Source: Acidimicrobiia bacterium (GTDB lineage: Bacteria; Actinomycetota; Acidimicrobiia; Spongiisociales; Spongiisociaceae). From it: a stretch of 25,390 bases of DNA. Location: contig JBFGLM010000058.1 of NCBI GenBank assembly GCA_041576165.1, positions 1-25,390 of the forward strand, written 5' to 3'. Under the pieces are notes generated by a model. That model did not search any database, was not told the DNA's origin, and saw only the letters and a program-made list of their open reading frames with translations. The position numbers were made by a program, and so were the translations under genes. Shown here piece after piece: positions 9,080 through 17,485 of the stretch. Positions within the stretch are counted from its first letter, which is position 1. Every line of letters begins with the position of its first letter.

Positions 9080-9882
9080 TCACGGTGGCGATCGATGTTT
9101 CGAAGCTGTCCTCCCGGTACATCGCCCACGTTGGGTTTGTCACCACCCCGAAGTATTTCGACGATGCCATCCAGGAGTTTCTCCGCGTTGCCCCCAAAGG
9201 CGTCGGCGCCATCCAGCGGGTGCTCTCCCTCGACGGGTACTCGTGGGAGTTGACCGAGCGGGCGGAGGGCATGGGCGAAATGGAGCGGTCGGCCCGGGCG
9301 CTGGCCGAGTCGCATTGCGACGCGGTGATCCAGGTCGGAACGAACTGGGTGCACGCCGCCGGGACGAATCCCGACGAGATCAAGGAACGGATCCGGCAGA
9401 TCTCGTCCGAGATCGGCGTGCCGTTCCTGATGGCGGGGCAGTGCATCGTGGATGCCCTCCACCACATTGGGGCTCGGCGCATCTCGGTTGCCAACAGCTA
9501 TTACCGGGATGACTGGAGCGACGGTATCAACCGGTATCTCAGCCAGGCCGGGTTCGAGATCACCGCAGCGGGCTCGATCATGGACCAGGGCATCGTCTCT
9601 TCGCTGCAGGAAGCGCTCGAGATCGAGGCGGCCACGTTGTGGAACTATCCCGATTTCCTCGTTCGCCGCGCCATCGTTGAGATGTTCGAGTCGGATCCAT
9701 CCGTGGACGCAGTGGTGCAGACCGGGGCGGGATTCCGGACGGTTGGCCTGCTCACGGGCATCGAAGCCGAGATCGGTGTGCCCGTCATCGCATCCGACGC
9801 CGCGTCGTTCTGGGCTGCGCTGCGGGCAGTCGGCCTCACCGCAGTTCCCGGCTTCGGGACTCTGCTCGATGGGACGCGGTGA
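9076..9882 (+). CDS. Maleate cis-trans isomerase / arylmalonate decarboxylase (Asp/Glu racemase superfamily)-like protein
   Basis: DAVIQVGTN, ALHHIGARRISVANSYY, YLSQAGFEI, EAEIGVPVIASDAASFWAALR, PGFGTLL; GTGA overlap with the Rieske gene. Confidence 0.8.
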   Translation: MITVAIDVSKLSSRYIAHVGFVTTPKYFDDAIQEFLRVAPKGVGAIQRVLSLDGYSWELTERAEGMGEMERSARALAESHCDAVIQVGTNWVHAAGTNPDEIKERIRQISSEIGVPFLMAGQCIVDALHHIGARRISVANSYYRDDWSDGINRYLSQAGFEITAAGSIMDQGIVSSLQEALEIEAATLWNYPDFLVRRAIVEMFESDPSVDAVVQTGAGFRTVGLLTGIEAEIGVPVIASDAASFWAALRAVGLTAVPGFGTLLDGTR

Positions 9883-9966
9883 CTGTCCGGACGCCGCGAC
9901 TATCCCATGTTTGGCACATGACCCGGCGTAGGATTATGTGGCATGTGGAGAGAGTCAGGCCGAACC

Positions 9967-10521
9967 ATGCACGCGTTCCGCCGCCTTGCAATCCTGAGCG
10001 CAACAATTGCTGCGCTTTCGCTGCTCCTGGTGCTGCCGGCGGCCGCCGAACTGAGGGGTCCGTGTTCGGGCAGTGCCACCATCGACGGCATCGAATACGA
10101 TGCCAGCTTCGATACCGCCGCCAACCCGATCGTGGTGCCGGAGGAACGCGCCGGGTTGCGCATCCCCTATGAGGGCGCCATCACGGTCCAGAACACAAAT
10201 TATCTGGGCGCGGTGGGCGTCGTCATCGGTCCGGCCACGGTCAACGTGGCCGACTGGGGCTTCGATGAAAACGTCGATGACATTCGCTCCACGGAACCCG
10301 ACAGCGTGTACATCCTGGGCAACGACCTCGACAACATCGTCGGGCTCTATCAGCTCACGGCATTTCACGACGCAGACGGTGGCAACTGTGATGCCACTGC
10401 AATGGTAAAACTGGATGGGTCCGTGCTGTCCACGCCGATCGGTATTGGGGCAACGGCCGGTACGGTGCTCACCGGCGCCGGGTTGTTGGCCGCAGGCATA
10501 CCCAAAGGGAGGAAGCCATGA
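9967..10521 (+). CDS. Exported hypothetical protein with signal peptide and C-terminal membrane anchor
   Basis: MHAFRRL-hydrophobic-PAAA signal, beta-rich acidic body with two Cys, C-terminal hydrophobic segment followed by KGRKP. The alternative ATG 9943 follows TAGGAT (9929-9934). Confidence 0.75.
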   Translation: MHAFRRLAILSATIAALSLLLVLPAAAELRGPCSGSATIDGIEYDASFDTAANPIVVPEERAGLRIPYEGAITVQNTNYLGAVGVVIGPATVNVADWGFDENVDDIRSTEPDSVYILGNDLDNIVGLYQLTAFHDADGGNCDATAMVKLDGSVLSTPIGIGATAGTVLTGAGLLAAGIPKGRKP

Positions 10522-10706
10522 GGGGCCGTCCGGTGCTCGGCGTGGTGTTCGGGTTCTTGTTCGGACTGTTTCTGGCGGTGACGCTGCAGCAGTGGTCGAT
10601 CCGGCCGCTCGACAATTTGTCGGTCATCGGCTTGCCAATCCTTGGGATCGTGGTTGGCCTCTTGCTGGCCGCGTGGGCACCCTTCGGCAAACGCGATCAG
10701 AGCTGA
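10518..10706 (+). CDS. Small two-TM membrane protein
   Basis: 62 aa with two hydrophobic helices, GGAGG RBS, ATGA overlap with the upstream gene. Confidence 0.72.
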   Translation: MRGRPVLGVVFGFLFGLFLAVTLQQWSIRPLDNLSVIGLPILGIVVGLLLAAWAPFGKRDQS

Positions 10707-10751
10707 TCAACTCCGCAGCCCGTCTGCGCATACTTGGGGTCGACCCTTCCC

Positions 10752-11483
10752 ATGGATGATCGAATCCTCGTCCTGTGGGCGACGCCCAGGTCCACCTCCA
10801 CTGCGTTCGAGTGGATGATGCGGATGAGAGGCGACTTCGTGTGCCTCCACGAGCCGTTCGGTCTGGCATATTACCGGGGCGTCGACCGGCGTACTACGCG
10901 GCCTGAAGAGAACCCGCTCGAGCCCAGACGGACTTACGCGTCAACCTGGAGGGAGATCCTGGCCGCTCGCCAGGAGGGTCGGGTCTTCTCGAAGGACTTT
11001 CCCAACTACATCATGCACATGGTCGATGGTGAGTTCCTGGATCACTTTCAACACACCTTCCTGGTGCGCGATCCGGCCAAGACGCTGGCATCGATGTACA
11101 AACACTGGCGCGAGTTCACGATGGATGAAGCCGGCTACGAGGATCTTCATCGTATGTTCGATCTCGTGGTCGATCGCTATGGCGTCATTCCACCGGTGAT
11201 CGACTCGGACGACCTGTTGGACGACCCGTCAGGCATCGTCCGCGCCTACTGCGACGCAGTGGGAATCCAGTTCATGCCCGAAGCTCTGGAATGGAAGCCG
11301 GGGGAGCGCCGTGAAGTCCGGTGGTATGGAGGGGAATGGCATGACTCTCTCTCGGCCAGCAGCGGGCTGGCCCGTCAGCCGACCACCTCTCGCGCCACCA
11401 TCTCGGACACACCGTTTCTCCAGCAGATGTACGACTCGTGCCAGCCGCACTACGACGCGGTCGCGGCCCACCGGCTCCGTTGA
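10752..11483 (+). CDS. Sulfotransferase-like P-loop protein (family also found fused to BCAT-like proteins)
   Basis: LWATPRSTSTAFE, CLHEPF, VFSKD, HTFLVRDP, PPVIDSDDLL.DP, YCDAVGI.F...AL.W, WHDSL..SSG. Confidence 0.82.
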   Translation: MDDRILVLWATPRSTSTAFEWMMRMRGDFVCLHEPFGLAYYRGVDRRTTRPEENPLEPRRTYASTWREILAARQEGRVFSKDFPNYIMHMVDGEFLDHFQHTFLVRDPAKTLASMYKHWREFTMDEAGYEDLHRMFDLVVDRYGVIPPVIDSDDLLDDPSGIVRAYCDAVGIQFMPEALEWKPGERREVRWYGGEWHDSLSASSGLARQPTTSRATISDTPFLQQMYDSCQPHYDAVAAHRLR

Positions 11484-11519
11484 GCGTCGAAACTGTGTGG
11501 CGGGCGGTGTCGGTCACCG

Positions 11520-12635
11520 TCACGTCAGGCTCGCCCGCGCCTGCAGGATCTTGCCGCGTACCTGGGAGCGGATCACGAGGTCCCGCACCTGGTCGTATTC
11601 GTCGAGCCACGTCATGAAATCAAGGGTCCGCTGCATGATCTCGTGTGAGTCCGTGCATCGGCTGAGATAGGCGATCTGGATGAAGCGCTCAGGGTCGGCG
11701 GCGAAAAAGCCCCAATCCTCTCGTGAGACATGAATGTCGGGATTGCCTAGATGCCGGCGCACCTGCGTGTCGGTGATGGTCTTGTAGACGAGGACAATAT
11801 GGAGCGGGCCAAGCTCATCGCGCCAGCTCTCGACCTCGGTTCGGAACGGATAGCCGACGTATTTGGCGGCTTCCGGGTAGGAGAACCGATCGGGACAGGC
11901 ACTGAGGATCACCGGGATATCGACCTGTGGCGAGGCGATGGCAAGGACGTACCGGCCCTTGCTCTCGGCAATGCCGTCGACGCTCAGCCCGGGACGCAGG
12001 TGCAGCCCCGTCTTTCTCTTCGCATACGTGTGGAAAGCCTTCACCATCGCGTCATGGCGCTCGGTGAAGGTCATCAACTCCCACATCGTGTCCTCGGTAG
12101 TCTTCGCCCCGCTCCGGGCGCGTTCGCCCCAGTACGTCACCGATCTGGCACAGTGAGCGTCGAGGGCTTGTAGCACCCGCTGCTTCAGATCTTCGCCCGT
12201 CGTGAAATAGGTGATGGCGAGTCCACGCCGGTACGACGTCCACTGGTCGTACAGATCCCGATAGCCGCCGGGCAGGCCGGCCGCGACAGCTTTGTCCGTT
12301 AGGCGCTGTTCGGCGAACACCAGCATCTTCTGGCGAGCTAGATCGGCAGCCGCGTCGAACTCCTCATGGGTGGCTGACAGCCCGGACTTGTCTGTGAAGC
12401 CGGCGTCGGCCACGAGGATTCCGATGAACAGGTCACATTCTCGGGCGCCTTCGATGGACGCCTCACGCGGGCTCTTCGGCTTCGAGGTCCAGCCCTCGTT
12501 GATCCTCACTTCGAGGAAGGGGAACCGCTCTTCGATGGCGGCGCTCACTTGTTTTCGGATATCGCTGAGATTCTCGCCGTCCACCTCATACGTGTTGCGA
12601 GACGAGATGAACACCTTGGATTTGTCGTATTTCAT
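11520..12635 (-). CDS. DUF4062 (TIR-like fold) domain protein with unknown C-terminal domain
   Basis: N-terminal KVFISS...LSDIR...ECDLFIGIL...G.SATHEEFDAA...MLVF matches the DUF4062 pattern; AGGAGG RBS; ATGA overlap with the TIR gene stop. Confidence 0.8.
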   Translation of the reverse strand: MKYDKSKVFISSRNTYEVDGENLSDIRKQVSAAIEERFPFLEVRINEGWTSKPKSPREASIEGARECDLFIGILVADAGFTDKSGLSATHEEFDAAADLARQKMLVFAEQRLTDKAVAAGLPGGYRDLYDQWTSYRRGLAITYFTTGEDLKQRVLQALDAHCARSVTYWGERARSGAKTTEDTMWELMTFTERHDAMVKAFHTYAKRKTGLHLRPGLSVDGIAESKGRYVLAIASPQVDIPVILSACPDRFSYPEAAKYVGYPFRTEVESWRDELGPLHIVLVYKTITDTQVRRHLGNPDIHVSREDWGFFAADPERFIQIAYLSRCTDSHEIMQRTLDFMTWLDEYDQVRDLVIRSQVRGKILQARASLT

Positions 12636-13957
12636 CCTGCCTCCTGTGCCTGCGGAGCCGGGCTCGCTTCACGACCGCGGATCCGAGCGATGACGCCGGC
12701 GGGGCCACGGGTCCGTTCGTGATTGTCGAGGCTCTCCAGGAACCGGCTGGCGTTGGCGAGCAGGGCGTTCAGCGCTGGGCCATCGTTTGCACCTGCGCGT
12801 CCAGTGATAACCTCGACCGCCTTCAGTGCGTAATGGACCGGTATCAGCGTTCCACCTTCGGTGGCCTGCGCCTTCTCCAATTCGACCTCGGCAGCGGCCA
12901 CCGCGTCGTGGTGTGACTCGAAACTCGTCATGGCGTCAACGAGATACGCCGAAATCCGGTCGAAGTCCCATTCGCTTCCTCGCCACGTACTCACCATGGC
13001 TTCGTTGATCAGACCCGTCGCGAGGTCGCGCTCGAGCTCGGCCCGTTTGCGGTGAATGAGATCCTTCTTCTCTGCGAACGTCTCGAGCCGCTCGAACAGA
13101 AACGCTTCGGGTTGGGCGAATGGCGCAAGAACCACGCCTGCATTCAGAAGCGTTTTCACCCGGATTCGCCGTCCCTCGAGCGCCTCGAGCAGCCCGGGCG
13201 TTTGGAAGTCGAGCGTGCCGTCCGGGGCGGTCGGAAACGGCGGTCGTTCCAACAGAAGGAGACCGCGGATCGCGGTTGCGTACGAGTCGACCGCACCAAG
13301 CAAACCGTGGAAGACCTCTGCGGCAAATCCCGCACCGGCGGCCTCTACCCTTTCTGCGACGGAACGCAGACGTTGGCGCGTCTCGACGGCGCCTGCATAT
13401 CGCTCGATCCACGACTGATCCATGCAGTGGTGGAGCGGCTCATCGAACGTCTTGCGCCGGAACCATTCCTCTATCGCCGGCACGATTTGGTGGAGCTGCC
13501 GCGGCGGGATCCCGCCTACCTCACTGTCAAACTCTCTCCAGGCTGCAGCCCATCTCGCGTCATCCGGGTTCATGCCCGTCATGTCATGCGCGAGGCGCCG
13601 GATATCTGACGGTTCGAGGGTCGTCGACTGGTAGCTGCGGAGCGGGTCGGGGATGTCGTTGCTCGTCACCTCGTAGAGCAAGGTGAATACACGTGGGCTC
13701 TCGGTCCGGCCCACGATATAGCCGGCCTCATACGTAATCCATGTCGACGCGAGCGCTTCGGGGGTCAGGCAGATGAGCACGGCCTCGCTCGCTCTCAGGT
13801 GGTTGACCAGAGCATCGCTCCAGGGCTCCCCCTTGGCGATGTCGGCAGACAAGTGGGTGCGGATCTTCCGACCGCCGTAGAGGCTGACCAGCAAACCGCG
13901 AACAGCTTCCGCCAGCTTGCGGCTCCTGTCACCCGACCAACTCAGAAAGAGCTCCAA
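12632..13957 (-). CDS. TIR domain-containing protein with unknown helical C-terminal region
   Basis: MELFLSWSGDRSRKLAE...SADIAKGEPW...LRASEAVLICLTPEALASTWITYEAG (TIR_2 pattern with catalytic-position Glu), IPDPL..YQ; TTG start with GAGGA RBS. Confidence 0.87.
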   Translation of the reverse strand: MELFLSWSGDRSRKLAEAVRGLLVSLYGGRKIRTHLSADIAKGEPWSDALVNHLRASEAVLICLTPEALASTWITYEAGYIVGRTESPRVFTLLYEVTSNDIPDPLRSYQSTTLEPSDIRRLAHDMTGMNPDDARWAAAWREFDSEVGGIPPRQLHQIVPAIEEWFRRKTFDEPLHHCMDQSWIERYAGAVETRQRLRSVAERVEAAGAGFAAEVFHGLLGAVDSYATAIRGLLLLERPPFPTAPDGTLDFQTPGLLEALEGRRIRVKTLLNAGVVLAPFAQPEAFLFERLETFAEKKDLIHRKRAELERDLATGLINEAMVSTWRGSEWDFDRISAYLVDAMTSFESHHDAVAAAEVELEKAQATEGGTLIPVHYALKAVEVITGRAGANDGPALNALLANASRFLESLDNHERTRGPAGVIARIRGREASPAPQAQEAG

Positions 13958-14020
13958 CCGATGTCCTCGCCATCAGCGCACCGTGCAAGCTACCCCCCGG
14001 TGAGCAACTGCGGCATGAGG

Positions 14021-15448
14021 TCACGACCGTTTGATGGCGACGTTCTTCCATTGAAAATAGGAGTTCACGGCTGCCTGACCCTTCTCGCGGCCGAGACCCG
14101 ACTGCTTGAAACCCCCGAACGGGCCCTCGACGCTTGGCTGGAACCATTCGTTTACGAAGATCTGGCCCGCGTCCAGCCGGTCGGCCAGATACGTGGCTGC
14201 GTCCAGGTCGTTGCCGAACACACCTGCCACCAGGCCGTAGTCGGAGTCATTGGCAATGCCGAGCGCGTCTTCGAGGGAGCCGTAGGGAATCACTGTCAGC
14301 ACTGGACCAAACACCTCCTCGCGGGCGATGGCCAGCTCATTGGAAACCGAAGCGAAGACGGTGGGCTGATAGAAATACCCGCTCGCATCGATCGGTGCCC
14401 CACCGGTGGCCAAGGCCGCGCCGTCTTCGAGCGCCCGGCGGACATGGCGGTCCACCCGATCCAGCTGGGCCCGGGAGATGATGGCACCCATGTCCGGCTC
14501 CTCCCCGCCCGGCCCCACCGTGAGCGATTCAGCCATCGCCACGACCCGGTCGACGACTTCATCGTGGCGGTTGGCGGGCACCACGAGCCGTGACATGGCC
14601 GAGCACACCTGGCCCGAGTTGGAGTAGACCGCCCATCGGGTCTGCTCGGTAACCAGGTCCAGGTCGGCGTCTGGCAAGACGATACCGGGTGACTTCCCCC
14701 CGAGCTCCACGACCGCCGGAATGATGGATTCGGCCGCCGCCCTCAGGATCTTGCGACCGGTGTCCACCGAGCCGGTGAAGGTGATCTGGTTCACGTCGCG
14801 GTGACGGGCGAGGGCGTCACCGGCCTCGGGGCCGTAGCCACAGATCAGGTTGAACGCGCCGGCCGGTAGGCCGGCGGCCTCAGCCGCCCTGGCTACGAAT
14901 GTCACGATGGCCGGATCGAGCTCGGGCGACTTCGCAACGACAGCGTTGCCCACCGCCAGAGCCGGGCCTGCCCCCCGGGCGGTGAGCTCCAGCGGATAGT
15001 TCCAGGGAATGATGTGGGCCGACACTCCGTAAGGGACAGGGATGGCGTAATCCGTGTAGCCGTCGCCCAGCGGGATGTAGCGCCCCTCGATCTTGTCCGC
15101 CAGCCCCCCGTAGTACGTGAGAAATCCGACCGTGTTGTCCACTTCCCACTGTGACTCCTGGAGGGTCTTCCCCGAATCCCGAGTGAGCAGCGGCACGATC
15201 TCCGATCGCCGGTCGTCGATCCAGCGGGCCATGTCGACCAGCATGCGGCTGCGCACCGACGGTCGCAGACCGGCTAGGCGTCGGTCTGCGACGCAGGCGC
15301 GGGCGGCGGCGACGGCCCGATCGACGTCGGCAGCGGTAGCGCGAGCAATCTCGCCGAATGGGGAGCCGGTCCCTGGATCCTCCAAGGAGATTCGTTCGCC
15401 GGTCGCTCCGTCGACCCACTCGCCGTTGATGTAGTTCTGCCAGTACAT
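14021..15448 (-). CDS. Aldehyde dehydrogenase family protein
   Basis: MYWQNYINGEW start, IIPWNYP, FTGSVDTG, ELGGKSP, catalytic Cys in NSGQVCSA, EEVFGPV, PFGGFKQSGLGREKG. Confidence 0.94.
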   Translation of the reverse strand: MYWQNYINGEWVDGATGERISLEDPGTGSPFGEIARATAADVDRAVAAARACVADRRLAGLRPSVRSRMLVDMARWIDDRRSEIVPLLTRDSGKTLQESQWEVDNTVGFLTYYGGLADKIEGRYIPLGDGYTDYAIPVPYGVSAHIIPWNYPLELTARGAGPALAVGNAVVAKSPELDPAIVTFVARAAEAAGLPAGAFNLICGYGPEAGDALARHRDVNQITFTGSVDTGRKILRAAAESIIPAVVELGGKSPGIVLPDADLDLVTEQTRWAVYSNSGQVCSAMSRLVVPANRHDEVVDRVVAMAESLTVGPGGEEPDMGAIISRAQLDRVDRHVRRALEDGAALATGGAPIDASGYFYQPTVFASVSNELAIAREEVFGPVLTVIPYGSLEDALGIANDSDYGLVAGVFGNDLDAATYLADRLDAGQIFVNEWFQPSVEGPFGGFKQSGLGREKGQAAVNSYFQWKNVAIKRS

Positions 15449-15588
15449 GACCTGCAATTCCGCTGTCGCTGATCGATAGCTCAACTTGCGTGCGGCATTC
15501 TCGGCCGGTGCGACGGATCTCCCACGGAGTCTGCCCTCCCTGGTGCCACCCTTCTGCGAGGGTCCCCGCCCGGCTGTACGATCGGGCC

Positions 15589-16956
15589 GTGAAACGGCAG
15601 GAGCGTACCAAGAACCCGCCCCACCCGCCCGCAGCAAACCGCGTCCCAGGCGTGGCCACACCAGCTCCCGCCGACCGGCTCAACCTCATCTCCCAGCAGG
15701 GCTTGTGCATCGGCTGCGGGTTGTGTGAAGCCATTGCGGGCTCGGATCGCGTCCGTTGCCTCCTCACCCCCAACGGGTACGAGCGGCCCGTGGTCGTCGG
15801 GGGCCTCGACCACGCCACGGTTGACGAGATCTATGCGGTGTGCCCGGGGGTCAAAGTGACGGGGCTGCCGGCAGATCTTGCCGACGGCGCGACGATGGAT
15901 CCTGTTTGGGGCCCCTGGCGCCGGGTCGTGCGCGGCTGGGCGGCCGAGCCGGCGGTGCGGCATGTCGGCTCGACCGGCGGCGTGCTCACTGCGTTGGGAA
16001 TGCACGTGCTCGACGCAGGTCGGGTGGAGGCCGTCTTGCACGCCGCCCCCTCGGCGACCGAGCCTGGTTTCGGGCAGGCACAGATCTCCCGCTCATCGGC
16101 CGACGTGCTGAAGGCGGCCGGCTCCCGCTATGGACCAACCGCGGTCTTGAGCAAGTTGGACGAAGCGCTGACGGACGGTGGCCCGCTGGCTCTGATCGCC
16201 AAACCCTGTGACATCTCCGCTGTGCGGCTGCGGGCGCGAAGCGACGACCGCATCAACCGCCAGATCCGCTACTGGTTGACGTTGGTGTGCGGCGGGATGA
16301 TGGCCCCGGCCGGCACGGCAGCGCGGATGCGAGAGCACGGAATCAATCCTGCGGAGGTGACCGCCATCCGGTACCGGGGGCACGGCTGTCCCGGACCGAC
16401 CCGGTTCGAGCTCACCGGCGGTAGGGCAGTGGAAATCACCTACTTGGAGTTCTGGGGGGACGACGAGAGCCAGTGGCGGCTGCCGTATCGCTGCAAGATC
16501 TGTCCGGACGGCACGGGGGAAGGGGCCGATGTGGCCGCGGCCGACACCTGGTCGGGGGGCACGCCCGCATTCGACCGGTTGAGCGGGGATCCCGGCACCA
16601 ACGTCGTGATAGCCCGCACCGCAACCGGCGCCGCGCTCCTGGAGGATGCCGTCGCGTCGGGCCATCTGGCGCTGGGCGAGGATGCCGCGATCGCAGACCT
16701 GGACGAATGGCAGCCCCATCATGTCAGGAAGAAGATGTGGAGTTGGGCGCGGCAGCTGGGACGACGCCGGGCCGGGGTACTTCCAATCGAAACAGGGGGT
16801 CTGCGGGCGGAACAACTGGCCCGGACGCGCCGGCGGGGGGAGCTGCTCGAGCAAGCACGGGGCAGCCTCAGTCGGGTGCACGACGGCCGCGCGAATGAGC
16901 CGGTTCCGGTGGCGCTCGCCTCGACGGGCGTCCCCGAAGCGGATCCGCCTCGTTGA
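15589..16956 (+). CDS. FrhB/FdhB-family (coenzyme F420 hydrogenase beta-like) flavo-iron-sulfur protein
   Basis: CIGCGLC...VCPG ferredoxin-like N-terminus, GSTGGVLTAL, AGSRYGP, KPCD, LVCGG, YRGHGCPG, RCKICPD. GTG 15589 lies 6 nt after TACGAT (leaderless-like); alternative start GTG 15652. Confidence 0.87.
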   Translation: MKRQERTKNPPHPPAANRVPGVATPAPADRLNLISQQGLCIGCGLCEAIAGSDRVRCLLTPNGYERPVVVGGLDHATVDEIYAVCPGVKVTGLPADLADGATMDPVWGPWRRVVRGWAAEPAVRHVGSTGGVLTALGMHVLDAGRVEAVLHAAPSATEPGFGQAQISRSSADVLKAAGSRYGPTAVLSKLDEALTDGGPLALIAKPCDISAVRLRARSDDRINRQIRYWLTLVCGGMMAPAGTAARMREHGINPAEVTAIRYRGHGCPGPTRFELTGGRAVEITYLEFWGDDESQWRLPYRCKICPDGTGEGADVAAADTWSGGTPAFDRLSGDPGTNVVIARTATGAALLEDAVASGHLALGEDAAIADLDEWQPHHVRKKMWSWARQLGRRRAGVLPIETGGLRAEQLARTRRRGELLEQARGSLSRVHDGRANEPVPVALASTGVPEADPPR

Positions 16957-16983
16957 ATTCGGGGCGGGCTAGCGTAAACGGAC

Positions 16984-17475
16984 GTGCCCAAATCAGGTCC
17001 GCGTCAGCCGGTGTGGCCTTGGGTCATGGCCGGCTTTTCGACGGTGGCCGCAGTGGCCGCGGTCGCACTGCTGCTGGCGCTACAGAACAACGACGATCCG
17101 CCCATACCCGAAGAGCTCCGCAGTATCGGGTTCCGGGCCGAGCAGCTGGCGGCCGATGCTCGGCAGATCAACGACAACTGGGATGCGCAGCGCAACGTGC
17201 TCGAAGACCCAGAACGACTGGCGCTGTTCAACGAGACGCAGGCAGCGCTCGAGGAGCTGGTCGTCCAGACCGGCGGCCTCCTAGCCGATGCCCAGGCAGT
17301 CGGCTTCACCGAGCCCGAGTTGGTGGCGGCCGCCGAGGACATGGCCACCGCAGCCCAAGAGATGCTCGACGGACTGAACGCCCCAGGACGCCTCAATGTC
17401 AGCCAGCGCCTGGCCGGCCTCGAGGGTTATCTGGGGGCGGCCGTGGCAGTTCAGCAGGCGGCCGGTACTGCATGA
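16984..17475 (+). CDS. Hypothetical membrane-anchored helical protein
   Basis: N-terminal TM segment followed by an amphipathic helical-bundle-like sequence; fills the gap between flanking genes; TAGCGT 8 nt upstream of the GTG. Confidence 0.65.
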   Translation: MPKSGPRQPVWPWVMAGFSTVAAVAAVALLLALQNNDDPPIPEELRSIGFRAEQLAADARQINDNWDAQRNVLEDPERLALFNETQAALEELVVQTGGLLADAQAVGFTEPELVAAAEDMATAAQEMLDGLNAPGRLNVSQRLAGLEGYLGAAVAVQQAAGTA

Positions 17476-17485
17476 GCCACTCCAT

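Noticed and set aside
11520-13957. Assigning the pair to canonical Thoeris
   Set aside because: No recognisable ThsA-type SIR2, SLOG, Macro or TM effector in either protein.
11484-14020. Mobile-element boundaries around the TIR-DUF4062 pair
   Set aside because: No transposase, integrase, tRNA or convincing direct or inverted repeats in either flank; any GC dip was too modest to support by eye.
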